NCBI GenBank assembly: GCA_951406725.2
Contig: OX597832.1
Coordinates: 22,196,001-22,260,000, forward strand
DNA length: 64,000 nt
DNA from: Octopus vulgaris
Taxonomy: Eukaryota
Direction: 5' to 3'
Both the position numbers and the translations under genes were made by a program. The notes under the pieces were generated by a model. That model saw only the letters and a list, made by a program, of their open reading frames with translations, was not told the DNA's origin and did no database searches. This document shows positions 15,027-29,109 of the stretch, piece by piece; within the stretch, counting starts at the first letter, position 1, and each line of letters begins with the position of its first letter.

Positions 15027-15353
15027 TATGTATGTGTGTGTGTATGTATTTGTATGTGTTTACATACACAAACACACACATCACATACATGCAAAAGTTT
15101 ATATAAGTATTCATAAACTCACACACACACACAACAACACATTCACACACACACACACAACAACACACACACACACACACGTGCACACACCCTCTAAGCA
15201 ACCCATCTCCCCAGCAGCACAGATAAACATTCAGCTCAAAACAAGAAGCAAGGAAAGACTCGAAAGCATTCGAGAAAGAGTTTTCTTCATTCTGTTCAAC
15301 CTTCTTCTCTTGATCTCTTTGTTATTTACACATATTTTTACCTTACTTGCATC

Positions 15354-15396
<43 letters not shown>

Positions 15397-16164
15397 TTGG
15401 TGGTGGTGGTAGTAGTAATGATGGTGATGGTGGTGGTGATGGTGGTGGTAATGGTAGTAGTAGCAGTGATGTTGGTGGTGATGGTGGTGGTGGTGATGGT
15501 AGTTGTGGTGGTGATGGTGGTGGTAGTAGTAGTGATTGATGGTGGTGATGGTAGTAGTAGTAGTAGTGAGGGTAGTGGTGGTGGTGGTGGTGGTGATGGT
15601 AGTAGTAGTAGTAGATGTAGTAGTAGTAATAGTTGTAGTAGTAGTAGTGGTGGTGGTGGTGGTGTAGGTGTTGGTGTTGGTGTTGGTGGTGGTAGCAATA
15701 GTAGTAGTAGTAGTAGTGTTGGTGGTGTTGTTGTTGGTGGTGGTGATGGTTGTAGTAGTGTTGGTGGTGGCATTGTTGTTGTTGGTGGTGGTAGTAGTAG
15801 TGGTGGTGGTAGCAGTACTTGTAGTAGTAGCTAGTGGTGGTAGTGGTGGCAGTAGTAGTAATAGTAGTAGTAGTGTTGGTGATGGTGATGGTGTTAGCAG
15901 CCTTGGTAGTAGTAGTAGTGGTGGTGGTGGTGGTGGTGGTGGTGGTGGTAGTAGTAGTAGTAGTAGTCGTACCCATCCATTGTTTATTTAGGAACATACC
16001 TGTTGCATTACCTTCTAATGTCTTCGCATTGGGTCGAAATTCGATGCAGTCTGAAGAATGAAAGTTGATATTTATTTAAACTTCAGGTCCAGGCTGAGGC
16101 AGAGAATTTGGCTGTGTGGTTAAGACGCTTTGGTTTGGAACCATGGGTCCTAACCATAGCAGTT

Positions 16165-16675
16165 AGGAATTGTGGCACCTGTGCCGGTGGCATGTGTAAA
16201 AAGATTCGAGCGAGGTCGTTGCCAGTACTGCCTGACTGGCTCCCGTACCGGTGGCACATAAAAAGCTCCCTATTTCTTTACTACCCACAAGGGGCTAAAC
16301 ACAGAGGGGACAAACGGATTAAGTCGATTATATCGACCCCAGTGCGTAACTGGTACTTATTTAATCGACCCCGAAAGGATGAAAGGCAAAGTTGACCTCG
16401 GTGGAATTTGAACTCAGAACGTAACCGCAGGCGAAATACTGCTAAACATTTCGCCCGGCGTGCTAACGATTCTACCAGCTCGCCGCACGTAAAAGCACCC
16501 ACTACAGTCTCGGAGTGGTTGGCGTAAGGAAGAGCATCCAGCTGTAGAAACTCTGCCAAATCAAGATTGAAGCCTGGTGCAGCCATCTGGTTCGCCAGCC
16601 CTCAGTTGTTCCTCCAACCCATGCTAGCATGGAAAGCGGACGTTAAACGATGATGATGATGATGATGATGGTGGT
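16165..16675 (+). mobile_element. RTE 3' UTR fragment interrupted by a SINE (16270-16487)
   Basis: gccggtggcac..aaaagcaccc units and tail gctagcatggaaagcggacgttaaacgatgatg. Confidence 0.75.
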
Positions 16676-17507
16676 GAATTGGTTCCACTGTATAAACACT
16701 GTCATCTGATCTGGTGTCTTCTATTATAACCGAGGGGTCACCAGCACCTTGTGACTGGCTGATGGGCAAAAACTGAAGAAGCCAGTGTATGCAGACGCAC
16801 ATATATATGTATACTCTTACTCTTTCTCTATTTTACTTGTTTCAGTCATTTGACTGCGGCTATGCTGGAGCACCGCCTTTTTAGTTGAGCAAATCGACCC
16901 CAGGATTTATTCTTTGTAAGCCTAGTACTTATTCTATCGGTCTTTTTTGCCAAACCGCTAAGAGACAAGGACGTAAACATACCAGCATCGGGTGACAAAC
17001 ACAGACACACAAACACACACACACATATATATATACATATACACGACGGGCTTCTTTCAGTTTCCGTTTACCAAAACCACTCACAAGTCATTGGTCGGCC
17101 TGAGGCTATAGTAGAAGACACTTGCCCAAGGTGCCATGCAGTGGGACTGAACCTGGAACCGTGTGGTTGGTAAGCAAGCCACTTACCACACAGCCACTTC
17201 TGTGCCTATGTATGAATGTTTAAGGGAAAGAAAGGTTCATGATAGTGGTTGAGTATACCTTCTCCCATTATAAATATTTTCTGTCTTAAGGATCTGGAAG
17301 GCAAAAGAAGAAGCTCACAAGTGGATGCACGTCAAAGGGTGACATTGGAGGTTGGCCCAGGTCTGCTGTCTTGCTGGGTGTCCTGTCAAACCGTCCAACT
17401 CATACCAGCATGAAAAACAGAAACGGATGCTGAAATTGAGCAGTGATGAAGACGATGACGATGATGAAGATGATGATGACGATGACGATGATGAAGATGA
17501 TGATGAC

Positions 17508-17540
<33 letters not shown>

Positions 17541-17620
17541 AAAGAGGAGGAGGAGGACGATAAGGGTGATGATGATAATGATGATGATGATGTTGATGTT
17601 TATGATGATGATGATGATGT

Positions 17621-17664
<44 letters not shown>

Positions 17665-18501
17665 GTGATGATGATGTTTATGATGATGATAATGATGATG
17701 TTGATGTTGATGATGATGATGATGATGATGTTGATGATGATGATGACAGTGATGATGATGATGATGATGATGATTATAGTAGAAGACACTATCATCATCA
17801 TCATCATCATTATCATCATCATGATAGTGGTGATGATGATGACGATGACGGCGATGGTGATGATGATGATGATAGCCGATGTTAAATTTAGCCTTAGCAG
17901 TACACATAATTTCGTCACAGAAATAGCGAACATCAGGAGTAAAAGGAAAAGAAAAAAAAAATATTCTTGAATAACAGTCGTCTCCATATTTAACACGTCC
18001 CCTCTCGCCTCCCCCCTCCCCCCCGCCGCCTCCCGTCTTCATGGAACTCTTAACCTCCGTAAAATGTCCATTAAATAATTCATGCCATTTTCAAATCAAT
18101 AAGTTTATCGTGTAAAAGTATTTCCATCTGATAATTTGGTTTCTAAAGATTAGATTGGATTAACTGAAAATAGATTTAAGAAGCAATGTGTCATCATCAT
18201 CATCATCATCATCGTCGTCATGGTCATCATCATCATTTTCATCATCATCATCATCATCATCATCACCACTGCTACCATCATCATCATCGTCGTCATGGTC
18301 ATCATCATCATTTTCATCATTATCATTATCATTATAGGCACAGGAGTGGCTGTGTGGTAAGTAGCTTGCTTACAAATCACATGGTTCCAGGTTCAGTCCC
18401 ACTGCGTGCCACCTTAGGCAAGTGTCTTCTACTATAGCCTCGGGCCAACCAAAGCCTTGTGAGTGGATTTGGTAGACGGAAACTGAAAGAAGCCCGTCGT
18501 A

Positions 18502-18547
<46 letters not shown>

Positions 18548-18552
18548 ATTTA

Positions 18553-18684
18553 ATAGAAGGAGCTTCTACAGGACTAGAACTGTTTCATTCAAGAGAAATC
18601 TTCAGGAAGAATGTTCTTGTTAACTAGCTTCCTGAAGATTTCTCTTGAATGAAACAGTTCTAGTCCTGTAGAAGCTCCTTCTAT
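18553..18684. repeat. 57-bp perfect inverted repeat with a hammerhead in each arm, between (TA)n tracts
   Basis: 18553-18609 is the reverse complement of 18628-18684, with an 18-nt spacer. Confidence 0.9.
18626..18676 (+). ncRNA. Type I hammerhead ribozyme (U10.1.U11.1 variant)
   Basis: AGCUUC-CUGAAGA-u-UUC ucuu GAA-u-GAAA-CAG uucuaguc CUG-UA-GAAGCU. Confidence 0.75.
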
Positions 18685-18759
18685 ATAATAAATTAATTTT
18701 ACTCTGCTATGTATTGAGTACCTTATTTACTGTGGTTAACCCCGAATCAACCCGGGACC

Positions 18760-18807
<48 letters not shown>

Positions 18808-18940
18808 TAAATTAGAGATAAAACCACTATTAGGCAAATCAAACAATGAAAAACTTAAGCCAATACATAAAATTAATTAATTTATATTATTTTAAATATA
18901 TATCAAAAGTATTAATAGTTTAATAAAAGATAATGAGTAA

Positions 18941-19013
18941 AACACTACGATCGTTTCATGGCTGTCCAATTCGTAATAATTCGAGTTATGGTTACAGTCA
19001 ATCTTCAGGTAAT
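18941..19013 (-). ncRNA. Hammerhead ribozyme with extended stem II in an AT-rich PLE remnant (about 18800-20120)
   Basis: UAC-CUGAAGA-u-UGACUGU...ACAGCCA-u-GAAA-CGAUCG-UA-GUG. The downstream tail (atgtattggcttaagtttttcattgtttgatttgcctaatagtggttttatctctaat) matches the tail following the hammerhead at 55848. Confidence 0.72.
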
Positions 19014-19442
19014 TGAAATATCTAAAGTATAATCAGAAATATTTAAACAATATTTTTAAGATATAAATAATATAATAATTTTACTTATAATAAACTCTAT
19101 TATCAAACTAGAAACATAGAACTTAACAATTATGATTATATCAAAATCGACTATAATGTTAAATATTAATTTTAATTTATAAGGTAGGAAACCCATCCAT
19201 AATTTAATATCGGTATTAGTCTATATCTAATTACATAAATATTTAAAAATGACTAATATATATAAATTATCAATGAAAATATATAAATGTATATAAATAT
19301 TATAATTAAGATCTAAAATAATCTCTATAAATAAATATATATGCACATATAATAAAAACCTAATAAATTAATTTTTCATATTTAAAGATGAAATAGCTAA
19401 TTTCAAAATACAAATAAACAAACTTAAACGAACTTTCAGAAA

Positions 19443-19860
19443 TCATCATCATCATCGTTTAGCGTCCGTTTTCCATGCTAGCATGGGTTGGACGGTTCTA
19501 CTGGGGTCTGTGAAGCCAGAAGGCTTCATCAGGCCCAGTCAAATCTGGCAGTGTTTCTACGGCTGGATGCCCTTCCTAACGCCAACCACTCCGTGAGTGT
19601 AGTGGGTGCTTTTTACGTGCCACCCGCACAAGTGCCAGACAGCTGGCAAATGGCCACGAACGGATGGTGCTTTTTATGTGCCACTGGCACGAGGGCCAGG
19701 CGAGGCTGGTAACGGACACGAACGGATGGTGCTTTTTACGTGCCACCGGCACGAGGCCAGTCGGGGCGGCGCTGGCAATGGTCGCGAAACGGAAGGTTCT
19801 CTTACATGCCACCGGCACTGGTAATACATCTGCAATTTCCATTGATCAATTTCGATTCTG
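19443..19860 (-). mobile_element. RTE 3' UTR fragment nested in the PLE remnant
   Basis: Homologous to 2909-3270, with (CAT)n tail and ~60-bp tandem gtgccaccggcac units. Confidence 0.8.
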
Positions 19861-20919
19861 ATCCTTATGTAAAATCTTATGTAAAATACTTTTAGAAATA
19901 ATCAATTCATAGTAATATAGTATTGAATAAATACTATAAATACTATAAATATAATTATCAATGGGAATAACTAGCGAATATCAATTTAAAGAAATAACTA
20001 AGTTATGCTATTAAATTAGACATGGCCTGGACCAATCTTTAGTCGAAACATATCTAAGTTTATCAAAGTTTATCTAATTTAATTATAAATTTAAAACTAC
20101 AATTAATACTATTAAAACATATATATATGTATGTGCGTGTATGTTTGTGTGTCTGTGTTTGTCCCCCCAACATCGCTTGACAGCTGATGCTGGTGTGTTT
20201 ACGTCCCTGTCACTATATATCTATGAATGCAAAAGAGACCGATAGAATAAGTACTGGGCTTACAAAGAATAAGTCCCAGGGTCGATTTGCTCAACTATAA
20301 AGGCGGTGCTCCAGCATGGCCGCAGTCAAATGACTGAAACAAGTAAAAGAGTAAAGAGTATTATCATCACCACCATCACTACCTTCGTCATCATCATCAT
20401 CATCATGGTCATCTTCATCCATTATCATCATCACCACCATCACTACAGTCGTCATCATCATCGTCATGGTCATCATCATCATCATCACTACCGTCGTCAT
20501 CATCATCATCATCATCATCATCATCACCATCATCAGAGATGCTAAATGCAGGCTAACTGTAGGAAAAGGCTTTGCTTTGGAGTTGCTGGTATTTTGATCA
20601 AAATAAGACTGCAAATACTTATTGTTAAGTTGTATTTAGTTCGCCAGTTTCACACACACACATGCTCACACACACACACACATGCTCTCATACACACACA
20701 CACACATGCTCACACACACACATGTTCACACACACACACACATACACAAACACATGCTCTCACACACACACACACACATGCTCACACACACACACATGCT
20801 CACACACACATGCTCACACACACACATGCTCACACACACATGCACACACACACACATGCTCACACACACATGCTCACACACACACACATGCTCACACACA
20901 CATGCTCACACACACATGC

Positions 20920-20953
<34 letters not shown>

Positions 20954-21049
20954 ACACATGCTCTCACACACACACATGCGCACATAAATACACATGTGAA
21001 ATCAAAATATTAAACTCTTTTGTTTTCAAAATATTATCATCCACTTAAC

Positions 21050-21084
<35 letters not shown>

Positions 21085-22891
21085 ACACACACACACACAT
21101 ACACATGCATACATGCATACACATGCACACTTGCACACTCATATCACACCAGCATAGAAAACGGCGGTTAAAGGATGATGATGATGATGATGCCGGTGCT
21201 GCTGCTGATGGTGGTGGTGGAGGTGGTGGTGGTTGTGTTGGTGGTGGTGGTGGTGGTGGTGGTGGTGGTGATGGTAGTAGTAGTAGTAGTAGTGATAATG
21301 ATGATGGTGATGATGATGATGATGATGGTGGTGGTGATGGTGGTGATGTTGATGATGGTGGTGGTGGTGGTGGTGATGGTAGTAGTAGTAGTAGTAGTGA
21401 TAATGATGATGGTGATGATGATGATGATGATGGTGGTGGTGATGGTGGTGATGTTGATGATGGTGGTGGTGGTGGTGGTGATGGTAGTAGTAGTAGTAGT
21501 AGTGATAATGATGATGGTGATGATGATGATGGTGATGGTGATGGTGGTGATGTTGTTGATGATGGTGGTGGTGGTGGTGGTGATGGTGGTAGTGGTGCTG
21601 GTGGTAGTGGTGGTAGTGGTAGTGATAATGATGATGATGGTGATGATGATGATGATGGTGGTGGTGATGGTGATGGTGGTGATGTTGATGGTGATGGTGA
21701 GTGCGATGATGATGATGGTGGTGGTGATGGTGATGGTGGTGATGTTGTTGATGATGATGATGATACTGATGATGAAGATGATGATGATGATGATATATAT
21801 CTATGAATGCTTACCTTTTTTTTTTTCCTTACCCCTTTTTTTTTTATTTTAGTCCATTTCTCCATGTTTGCCCTCTTTGATACCAGCCTTCATTTCCTTT
21901 TCCAAATAAAGGATAACATATTCTACATGTCCTTGAAACAGGATATTGTTCATGTGAAACTGTCAATGACACCGATTTCATCACCCCAAGAAATGTAAAC
22001 AAACATGCATGTATGCACACGCATTCACACTTCCACACACACATGCATATACACGTATGTATATGCATGCACATGTACAAATGTATATAAATACACATGC
22101 ATACGCATGAGTGTACATACATATATATATATATTCTTTTCTACTCTAGGTACAATGCCCAAAATTTTTTTGGTGGTGGCAGTCAATTAGAGTGACTCCA
22201 GTATGCAACTGGTACTTAATTTATCTACCCCGAAAGGATAAAAGGCAAGGTCGACCTTGGTAGAATTTGAACTCGGAACATAAAGACACAGACATATATA
22301 TATCTTATATTATATAATATTATATTATATTATACTCTCTTTACTTGTTTCAGTCATTTGACTGTGGCCATGCTGGAGCACTACCTTTAGTTGAGCAAAT
22401 CGACCCCAGGACTTATTCTTTGCAAGACTAGTACTTATTCTATCGGTCTCTTGTGCCAAACCGCTAAGTGATGGGGACGTAAACACACCAGCATCGGTTG
22501 TCAAACGATGTTGGGGGAACAAACACAGACACACAAACACACACACACATATATATATCTATATATACATATATACAACGGGCTTCTTTCAGTTTCCATC
22601 AACCAAGTCCACTCACAAGGCTTTGGTCGGCCTGAGACTATGGCAGAAGACACTTGCCGAAGGTGCCATGCAGTGGGACTGAACCCAGAACCATGTCATT
22701 GGTAAACAAGCTACATACCACACAGCCACTCCTGTGCCTATATATTGCCAGTGGACCATATATTCAAAAACAGAAGCATACTCTAAAGAATAGAGTAGTC
22801 TAAAAGACCTAGCACTTTGTGGATGCAAAACCATTGGTCACTCTAGCACCGGACATATATCTAACTATTGGTAAATATATATCTATATCTA

Positions 22892-23067
<176 letters not shown>

Positions 23068-23340
23068 AAAATCTATATAATACACACATGTGTATGCTAA
23101 TAGTTGAGAGTTTTTTTTTTTTCCAGCCTAAGGGAGGGAGAATGAACAATAACAAGGAAATGTTTGGATACTAATTACTAGGGTCACTTAATTGGATGCT
23201 GTAGTTCCTTGTAGAACTGTCTCTGGCAAAAATTTGGAAAGATCAAAGGTGGAAATTCTTTGATCATAGGCCTTGCTAGATTTGGGCTACAAAACAATAC
23301 ATGCATACATACATATATACATAAAATACATACATACATG

Positions 23341-23404
<64 letters not shown>

Positions 23405-23438
23405 TACATATATACATATAGATGTATACACATATAAA

Positions 23439-23511
<73 letters not shown>

Positions 23512-23840
23512 ATATATATATATATATCAATGTATATATATGAATATATATATATATACATATGAATGTAGGTATTGTAAATTTAGGGTGAATACTTGAT
23601 AAGTGTAAGCACCTGTATATGCCAGATAGTGCCAGAGGTGAGAGAGTATATATCAAATCTGTTTTTAATTTATATTTGATATATATGAATGTATGTATGT
23701 ATATATATGGATTCATATACATACACACACATACATATATGAATACATTTATGTATGTGTATATATATATATATATATATATACATACATATATACATAG
23801 ATACATACATATATACATAGATACATATCTATATACATAT

Positions 23841-23872
<32 letters not shown>

Positions 23873-23877
23873 GTATG

Positions 23878-23917
<40 letters not shown>

Positions 23918-23935
23918 AAACAATTTATAGGTAAT

Positions 23936-24261
23936 GGTCATTACAAATGTTTCCTTTATTAGATCAAATTTGGCTTACAGTCGTTTCCTGTAGTGATTAC
24001 AGGTACACTACTGATAGGGTTACTAAATTGGTCTATTGATTAGTTGAGAAAAACTGAACAACCCAAAGAAATTAATACTACTTCCATCAGCCGTTTCTGG
24101 TTATAACAAAGCATAAGACTGTAGGAATGGCATTAATTTTGTTAGTTAGTTCAGTTTTTCTCAGTTGATCAATAGACCAGTTGAATAAACCTATAAATGA
24201 CGTACCTGGAAACAGCTGTAAGCTAAATTTACTCTAATATAGGAAAAAATATGTAATGACC
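23936..24261. repeat. Degenerate fold-back element next to (TA)n with GAAAC-palindrome-UA hammerhead-like tails
   Basis: Arms ggtcattacaaatgtttcctttattagatcaaatttggcttacagtcgtttcc and ggaaacagctgtaagctaaatttactctaatataggaaaaaatatgtaatgacc. Inner match ggtctattgattagttgagaaaaactgaac / gttcagtttttctcagttgatcaatagacc. Confidence 0.7.
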
Positions 24262-24324
24262 TTTATTTTTGATTTGTTTTATATATTACTCAGTGTAAAA
24301 GTTATTTTGTCTAGAGCCCATCCA

Positions 24325-24770
24325 CATCATCATCATTATTTAATGTCCGCTTCCCATGCTAGCATGGGTTGGACGATTTGACTGAGGACTGGTGAACGAG
24401 ATGGCTGCACCAGGCTTCAATCGGATCTGGTAGAGTTTCTACAGCTGGATGCCCTTCCTAACGCCAACCACTCCAAGAGTGTAGTGGGTGCTTTTACGTG
24501 CCACTGGCATGAGGGCCAGTCAGGTGGTACTGGCAACGGCCATGCTCAAATGGTATTTTTTATGTGCCACCTGCACAGGAGCCAGTCTAGCGATGAATGT
24601 TTTTTGATGTGCCACTGGCACAAGTGCCAGTAAAGCGACGCTTGTAACGATCATGCTCAAATGGTACTGTTTACATGCCACCGGCATGGAAGCCAGTTAG
24701 CTGCTCTGGCAACCATCATGCTTGGATGGTGCTCTTAGCGCTCCACTAGCACGGATGCCAGTCATTGAAC
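24325..24770 (-). mobile_element. RTE 3' UTR fragment
   Basis: Same tail and tandem gtgccac units as the other copies. Confidence 0.75.
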
Positions 24771-24955
24771 GGATTTACAAAATAGAATTACGATTAACCA
24801 TAACCTTTGAGCCTGCCATAAGAATTCTTAGAATGAGCTCTTCACTAATCTAAACCATATTGTTACCCTGGTGTGCCAACAGAGAACTTATGAAGAACTT
24901 TGCCTGGATTGATAATCCCTCACTATTAGCTATATACAAATATACATAATATAGA

Positions 24956-24992
<37 letters not shown>

Positions 24993-25388
24993 TATATACA
25001 CACATGTATATGCCTGACATATATATGTATATATACATGCATATATGGGTACAGGATGTCAAAATAACCTGAACAAAATGAGAAACAAGAACATTAAAAT
25101 ACAAAGGCATAGAAAACAAACTTTTTTTCAAACAACGAAAGAAACAAATAGGGAAATGAGACAAGCAATATAAAGAACATTCCCTTCATCAGTTGTCCCC
25201 TGTTTCATCTACTCTGCGTTTCGAAGGTAGGGACAAGACACAACTTCATTAAAACAGTCCTTCTCGCAAAGCAAATTAAATAAAATTGGGGATTTTTTTT
25301 GTGGAGGGTTAAAGTGGTAACAAAAACAGGACAGTAAGAGCAAAACAAACAGTGAGGGCTGTTATATATATATATATATATATATATA

Positions 25389-25508
25389 CACTGGCGAAAA
25401 TAAATCTAAGACTGTTTGAGATATAAATAATTTGTATGGTGTTAGTAACAAAATATTTTGTAAGAGATAGAACTTTTATCGTCGGTCTTAAATTTATTTT
25501 CGCCAGTG
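25389..25508. mobile_element. 120-bp Tc1-like MITE in (TA)n
   Basis: TIRs cactggcgaaaataaatctaagac / gtcttaaatttattttcgccagtg. Confidence 0.75.
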
Positions 25509-25509
25509 C

Positions 25510-25541
<32 letters not shown>

Positions 25542-25695
25542 ATTAAGTGACAGTTATACTTGTTTTAAACTGCGACTAGCCTCTTCAATAATATATGTCC
25601 CATCCAGTACAGCCACATTATTCTGGCAAATAGTCTTTTCTTTATGGAACAGTTACTGAATATCTCTCTTTGGGAGATTTAGAGATAATGTTTCT

Positions 25696-25734
<39 letters not shown>

Positions 25735-25799
25735 AACACACACACTCACACACACACAGAGTTATAATATATGTATGTGTGTGGATGTATTTATGTATG

Positions 25800-25839
<40 letters not shown>

Positions 25840-25867
25840 CGTGTGTGTAACATATATATATATATAT

Positions 25868-26104
25868 CATCATCATCATCATCATCATCGTTTAACGTCC
25901 GCTTTCCATGCTAGCATGGGTTGGACGGTTCGACTGGGGTCTGGGTAGCCCGAAGGCTGCACCAGGCCAGTCAGATCTGGCAGTGTTTCTACAGCTGGAT
26001 GCCCTTCCTAATGCCAACCACTCCGAGAGTGTAGTGGGTGATTTTATGTGCCACCGACACAGGTGCCAGACAAGGCTGGCGAACGGCCACGCTCGGATGG
26101 TGTT
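25868..26104 (-). mobile_element. RTE 3' fragment flanked by ~200-bp direct repeats
   Basis: Near-identical to 2909-3140. Flanks 25641-25867 and 26105-26294 are duplicates of each other. Confidence 0.85.
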
Positions 26105-26167
26105 TTTATAGAACTATTACTGAATATCTCTCTTTGGGAGATTTAGAAATAATGTTTCTACACACAT

Positions 26168-26200
<33 letters not shown>

Positions 26201-26836
26201 AACACACACACTCACACACACACAGAGTTATAATATATGTATGTGTGTGGATGTATTTATGTATATATATATATGTAACATATATATATATATACATATG
26301 TAATATATATATATACATTACACACACACACATATATATATATGTATATGTAATATATATATATATATTACATATACATATATATATTACATACATATAT
26401 ATATGTATATATATATATATACATAGATAGATAGATAGGTACACACACACACACACACACACATACACACACATAAATATATGTGTACATTTATATATAT
26501 GCAAATATATACATAAACACATTCACACTTAGATTTGTTAGTGAGTGACATTTTCATACTACGGCGCACTCACCCCATTTTGTAACAAGCAAGCAGTTCT
26601 TATGTGTTTGGAAAGTCATCAAAAATTCTTTATTGATAAATAAAACACCGAGAGAGAATAAGAGAAGAGGCATCAACCAATATTCAATATTCAACGGAAT
26701 CGTAGATAAATCATGAAATCTTTTATTCATAAGAGAAAGCAGAATAGATTTAAATAAGCTAGAATCGGAGATATGAAATTAATACTTAACCTTTTCGCTT
26801 AACTAACGTTTACTTGATGTATTAATAATAATAATG

Positions 26837-26870
<34 letters not shown>

Positions 26871-27024
26871 TGATGATGATGATGATGATGATGATAATGA
26901 AAATAATAAGAATAACATTATTAGTTTATTAATGAAGCCAATTTTAACATATTGTGGTGTTAAGTTGTGGAAGTGAAACAAAAGTCAAGAAGGAAGGTAA
27001 GACAAAAGAGGAGAAAGGGGATGA

Positions 27025-27500
27025 GGATGATGTGGAGACTGAAGAGGAGAAAAGGATATAAGGAGGAAGAGGATGAGTGGAGGAGGGGTAATAATGATGA
27101 TGATGATGACGATGAAGATAACAACGATGATGACAACGACGAAGACGACAATGATGATGACAATGATGATGTGATGACGATGACAACAACGACGACGATG
27201 ATGATGATGTGGAGATTGAAGGGGATAAAAAGATATAAGGAGGAAGGTGATGACTGGAGGAGGGATAATGATGAAGATGACGATGACGACGACGATGGTG
27301 CTGACGACGGTGACGAAGGCGATGACGACGATGACGACGGTGACTATGATAACGATGACAACAACAATGACGATGATGATGATGATGTGGAGACTGAAGA
27401 GGAGAAAAAGATATAAGGAGGAAGGGGATGGATGGAGGTGGGATAATAATGATGATGACGATGACGATGACGACGATGATGATGATGATGGTGATGGTGA
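27025..27500 (+). repeat. Three tandem ~180-bp units of a purine-rich core plus (GAT/GAC)n
   Basis: gatgtggagactgaagaggagaaaa.gatataaggaggaag recurs at about 27030, 27207 and 27386. Confidence 0.85.
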
Positions 27501-27562
27501 TGAGAGTCTTTATTAGTTCTTCAAAATCTCCATGCATAGACTTCAACAAAAAGAGAGGGAGC

Positions 27563-27608
<46 letters not shown>

Positions 27609-27620
27609 GAGAAAGAGATG

Positions 27621-27656
<36 letters not shown>

Positions 27657-28507
27657 GAGAAAGAGATGGAGAGTAAAGGAGAGGGAGAGAGGTGGGTTGA
27701 GAAACTGACAAACAGACATAAAGAGACAGAGAAATCGAGAGAACGAGAAAGAGCCTTCGAGTGGTCATTCGATCTGCTAGAAATAGTAGTCAGATTCCCC
27801 TCAAATCACATCAACTGTGTCATTAGAGAGAAAAGCCGAGCCATGTTAGATGATGTAGACTTAGACAGACTTTGCCTAAATAATCGACCGGATGGTCACA
27901 ACTGGTATGTCTTATATGATCATAGTGCTACCAGATCAGATCTGCCTCTGCACTACAAAATCACATGTTGGATGATACAGTCCTAAATGGTGCTCGAGTA
28001 TAAGACAGGATGGTCGTGGATGGAAAGCCTTCTTTGATTGTAGTTCTGCTGGATCAGGGCTGCCTTTGTACTAAGTAACATCAACGAGAGCAGCAGCAGC
28101 AGCAGTAGCAGCAGCAGCAGACAGCTTTTGAAATAAGATTTTGCATGCATCGGTTGACCTGGCTCCACCTCTCCCATTGCTCCTGGGCTGCTTCAGACTG
28201 GTCGGTCGGCTGTGAAGAATTTTCTTCAATGCCACAGGGTTTGCTTTCCGAGAGATTCGCTACAATAGTTTCACTCACAGGACAGTTAACATCCCTCCTC
28301 CACCTCATCATCATCATCATCCTCGTCATCATCACCACCACCACCACCACCACTACCACCACCATTGTCATCATCATCATCATCGTCATCGTCATCATCT
28401 TCACAACCACTGTCATCATCATCATTATAATCACAAACATCACTATTGCCATCAACACCCCTCACCAACACCACCACCACCATCATAACCACAACCACTC
28501 CCATCAC

Positions 28508-28539
<32 letters not shown>

Positions 28540-28696
28540 ACATCATCATCATCATCATCATCATCAACACCACCACCGTTGTCATAACCACTACTACCAC
28601 CACCACCATCACCATCACTACCAACATTCCCACCACCACAACTTCTACTACTATTACTACTATGATTTTATTTTCTACGACCATTACCACATTCAT

Positions 28697-28746
<50 letters not shown>

Positions 28747-29078
28747 ATACTACCACCACCACCACCACCACCACCGCCACCACCATCATCGCCATCACCA
28801 CTACCATCATCCTCCTCCTTGTCCTCCTCCGCATCATCATCACCATCATCATCAGTGTGAAAGCTTCTACGTAGTTGCTTGATGACATGCTAGAAAGAGT
28901 AGTCCCTTCTCCCTCAGTCACGCTTTGCGTTCCTGAAAACGGAAAGGATGCCTTAGAAAATGCTGTACTCAATATACAAATGATGGAATGGTCATGTTTG
29001 GAATGCCCTTTGGTCACTGATTTGTCCAACGAGGGCGACTTGGTGCTTTACAATATCATCGTCATCATCATCACCACC

Positions 29079-29109
<31 letters not shown>

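Noticed and set aside
25150-25255. Minus-strand ctgatgaaggga and ttaatgaag...gaaacgc hammerhead-like pieces in a TA-flanked fragment
   Set aside because: Neither piece has a complete core plus stems. It is possibly a decayed PLE terminus but cannot be supported as a ribozyme.
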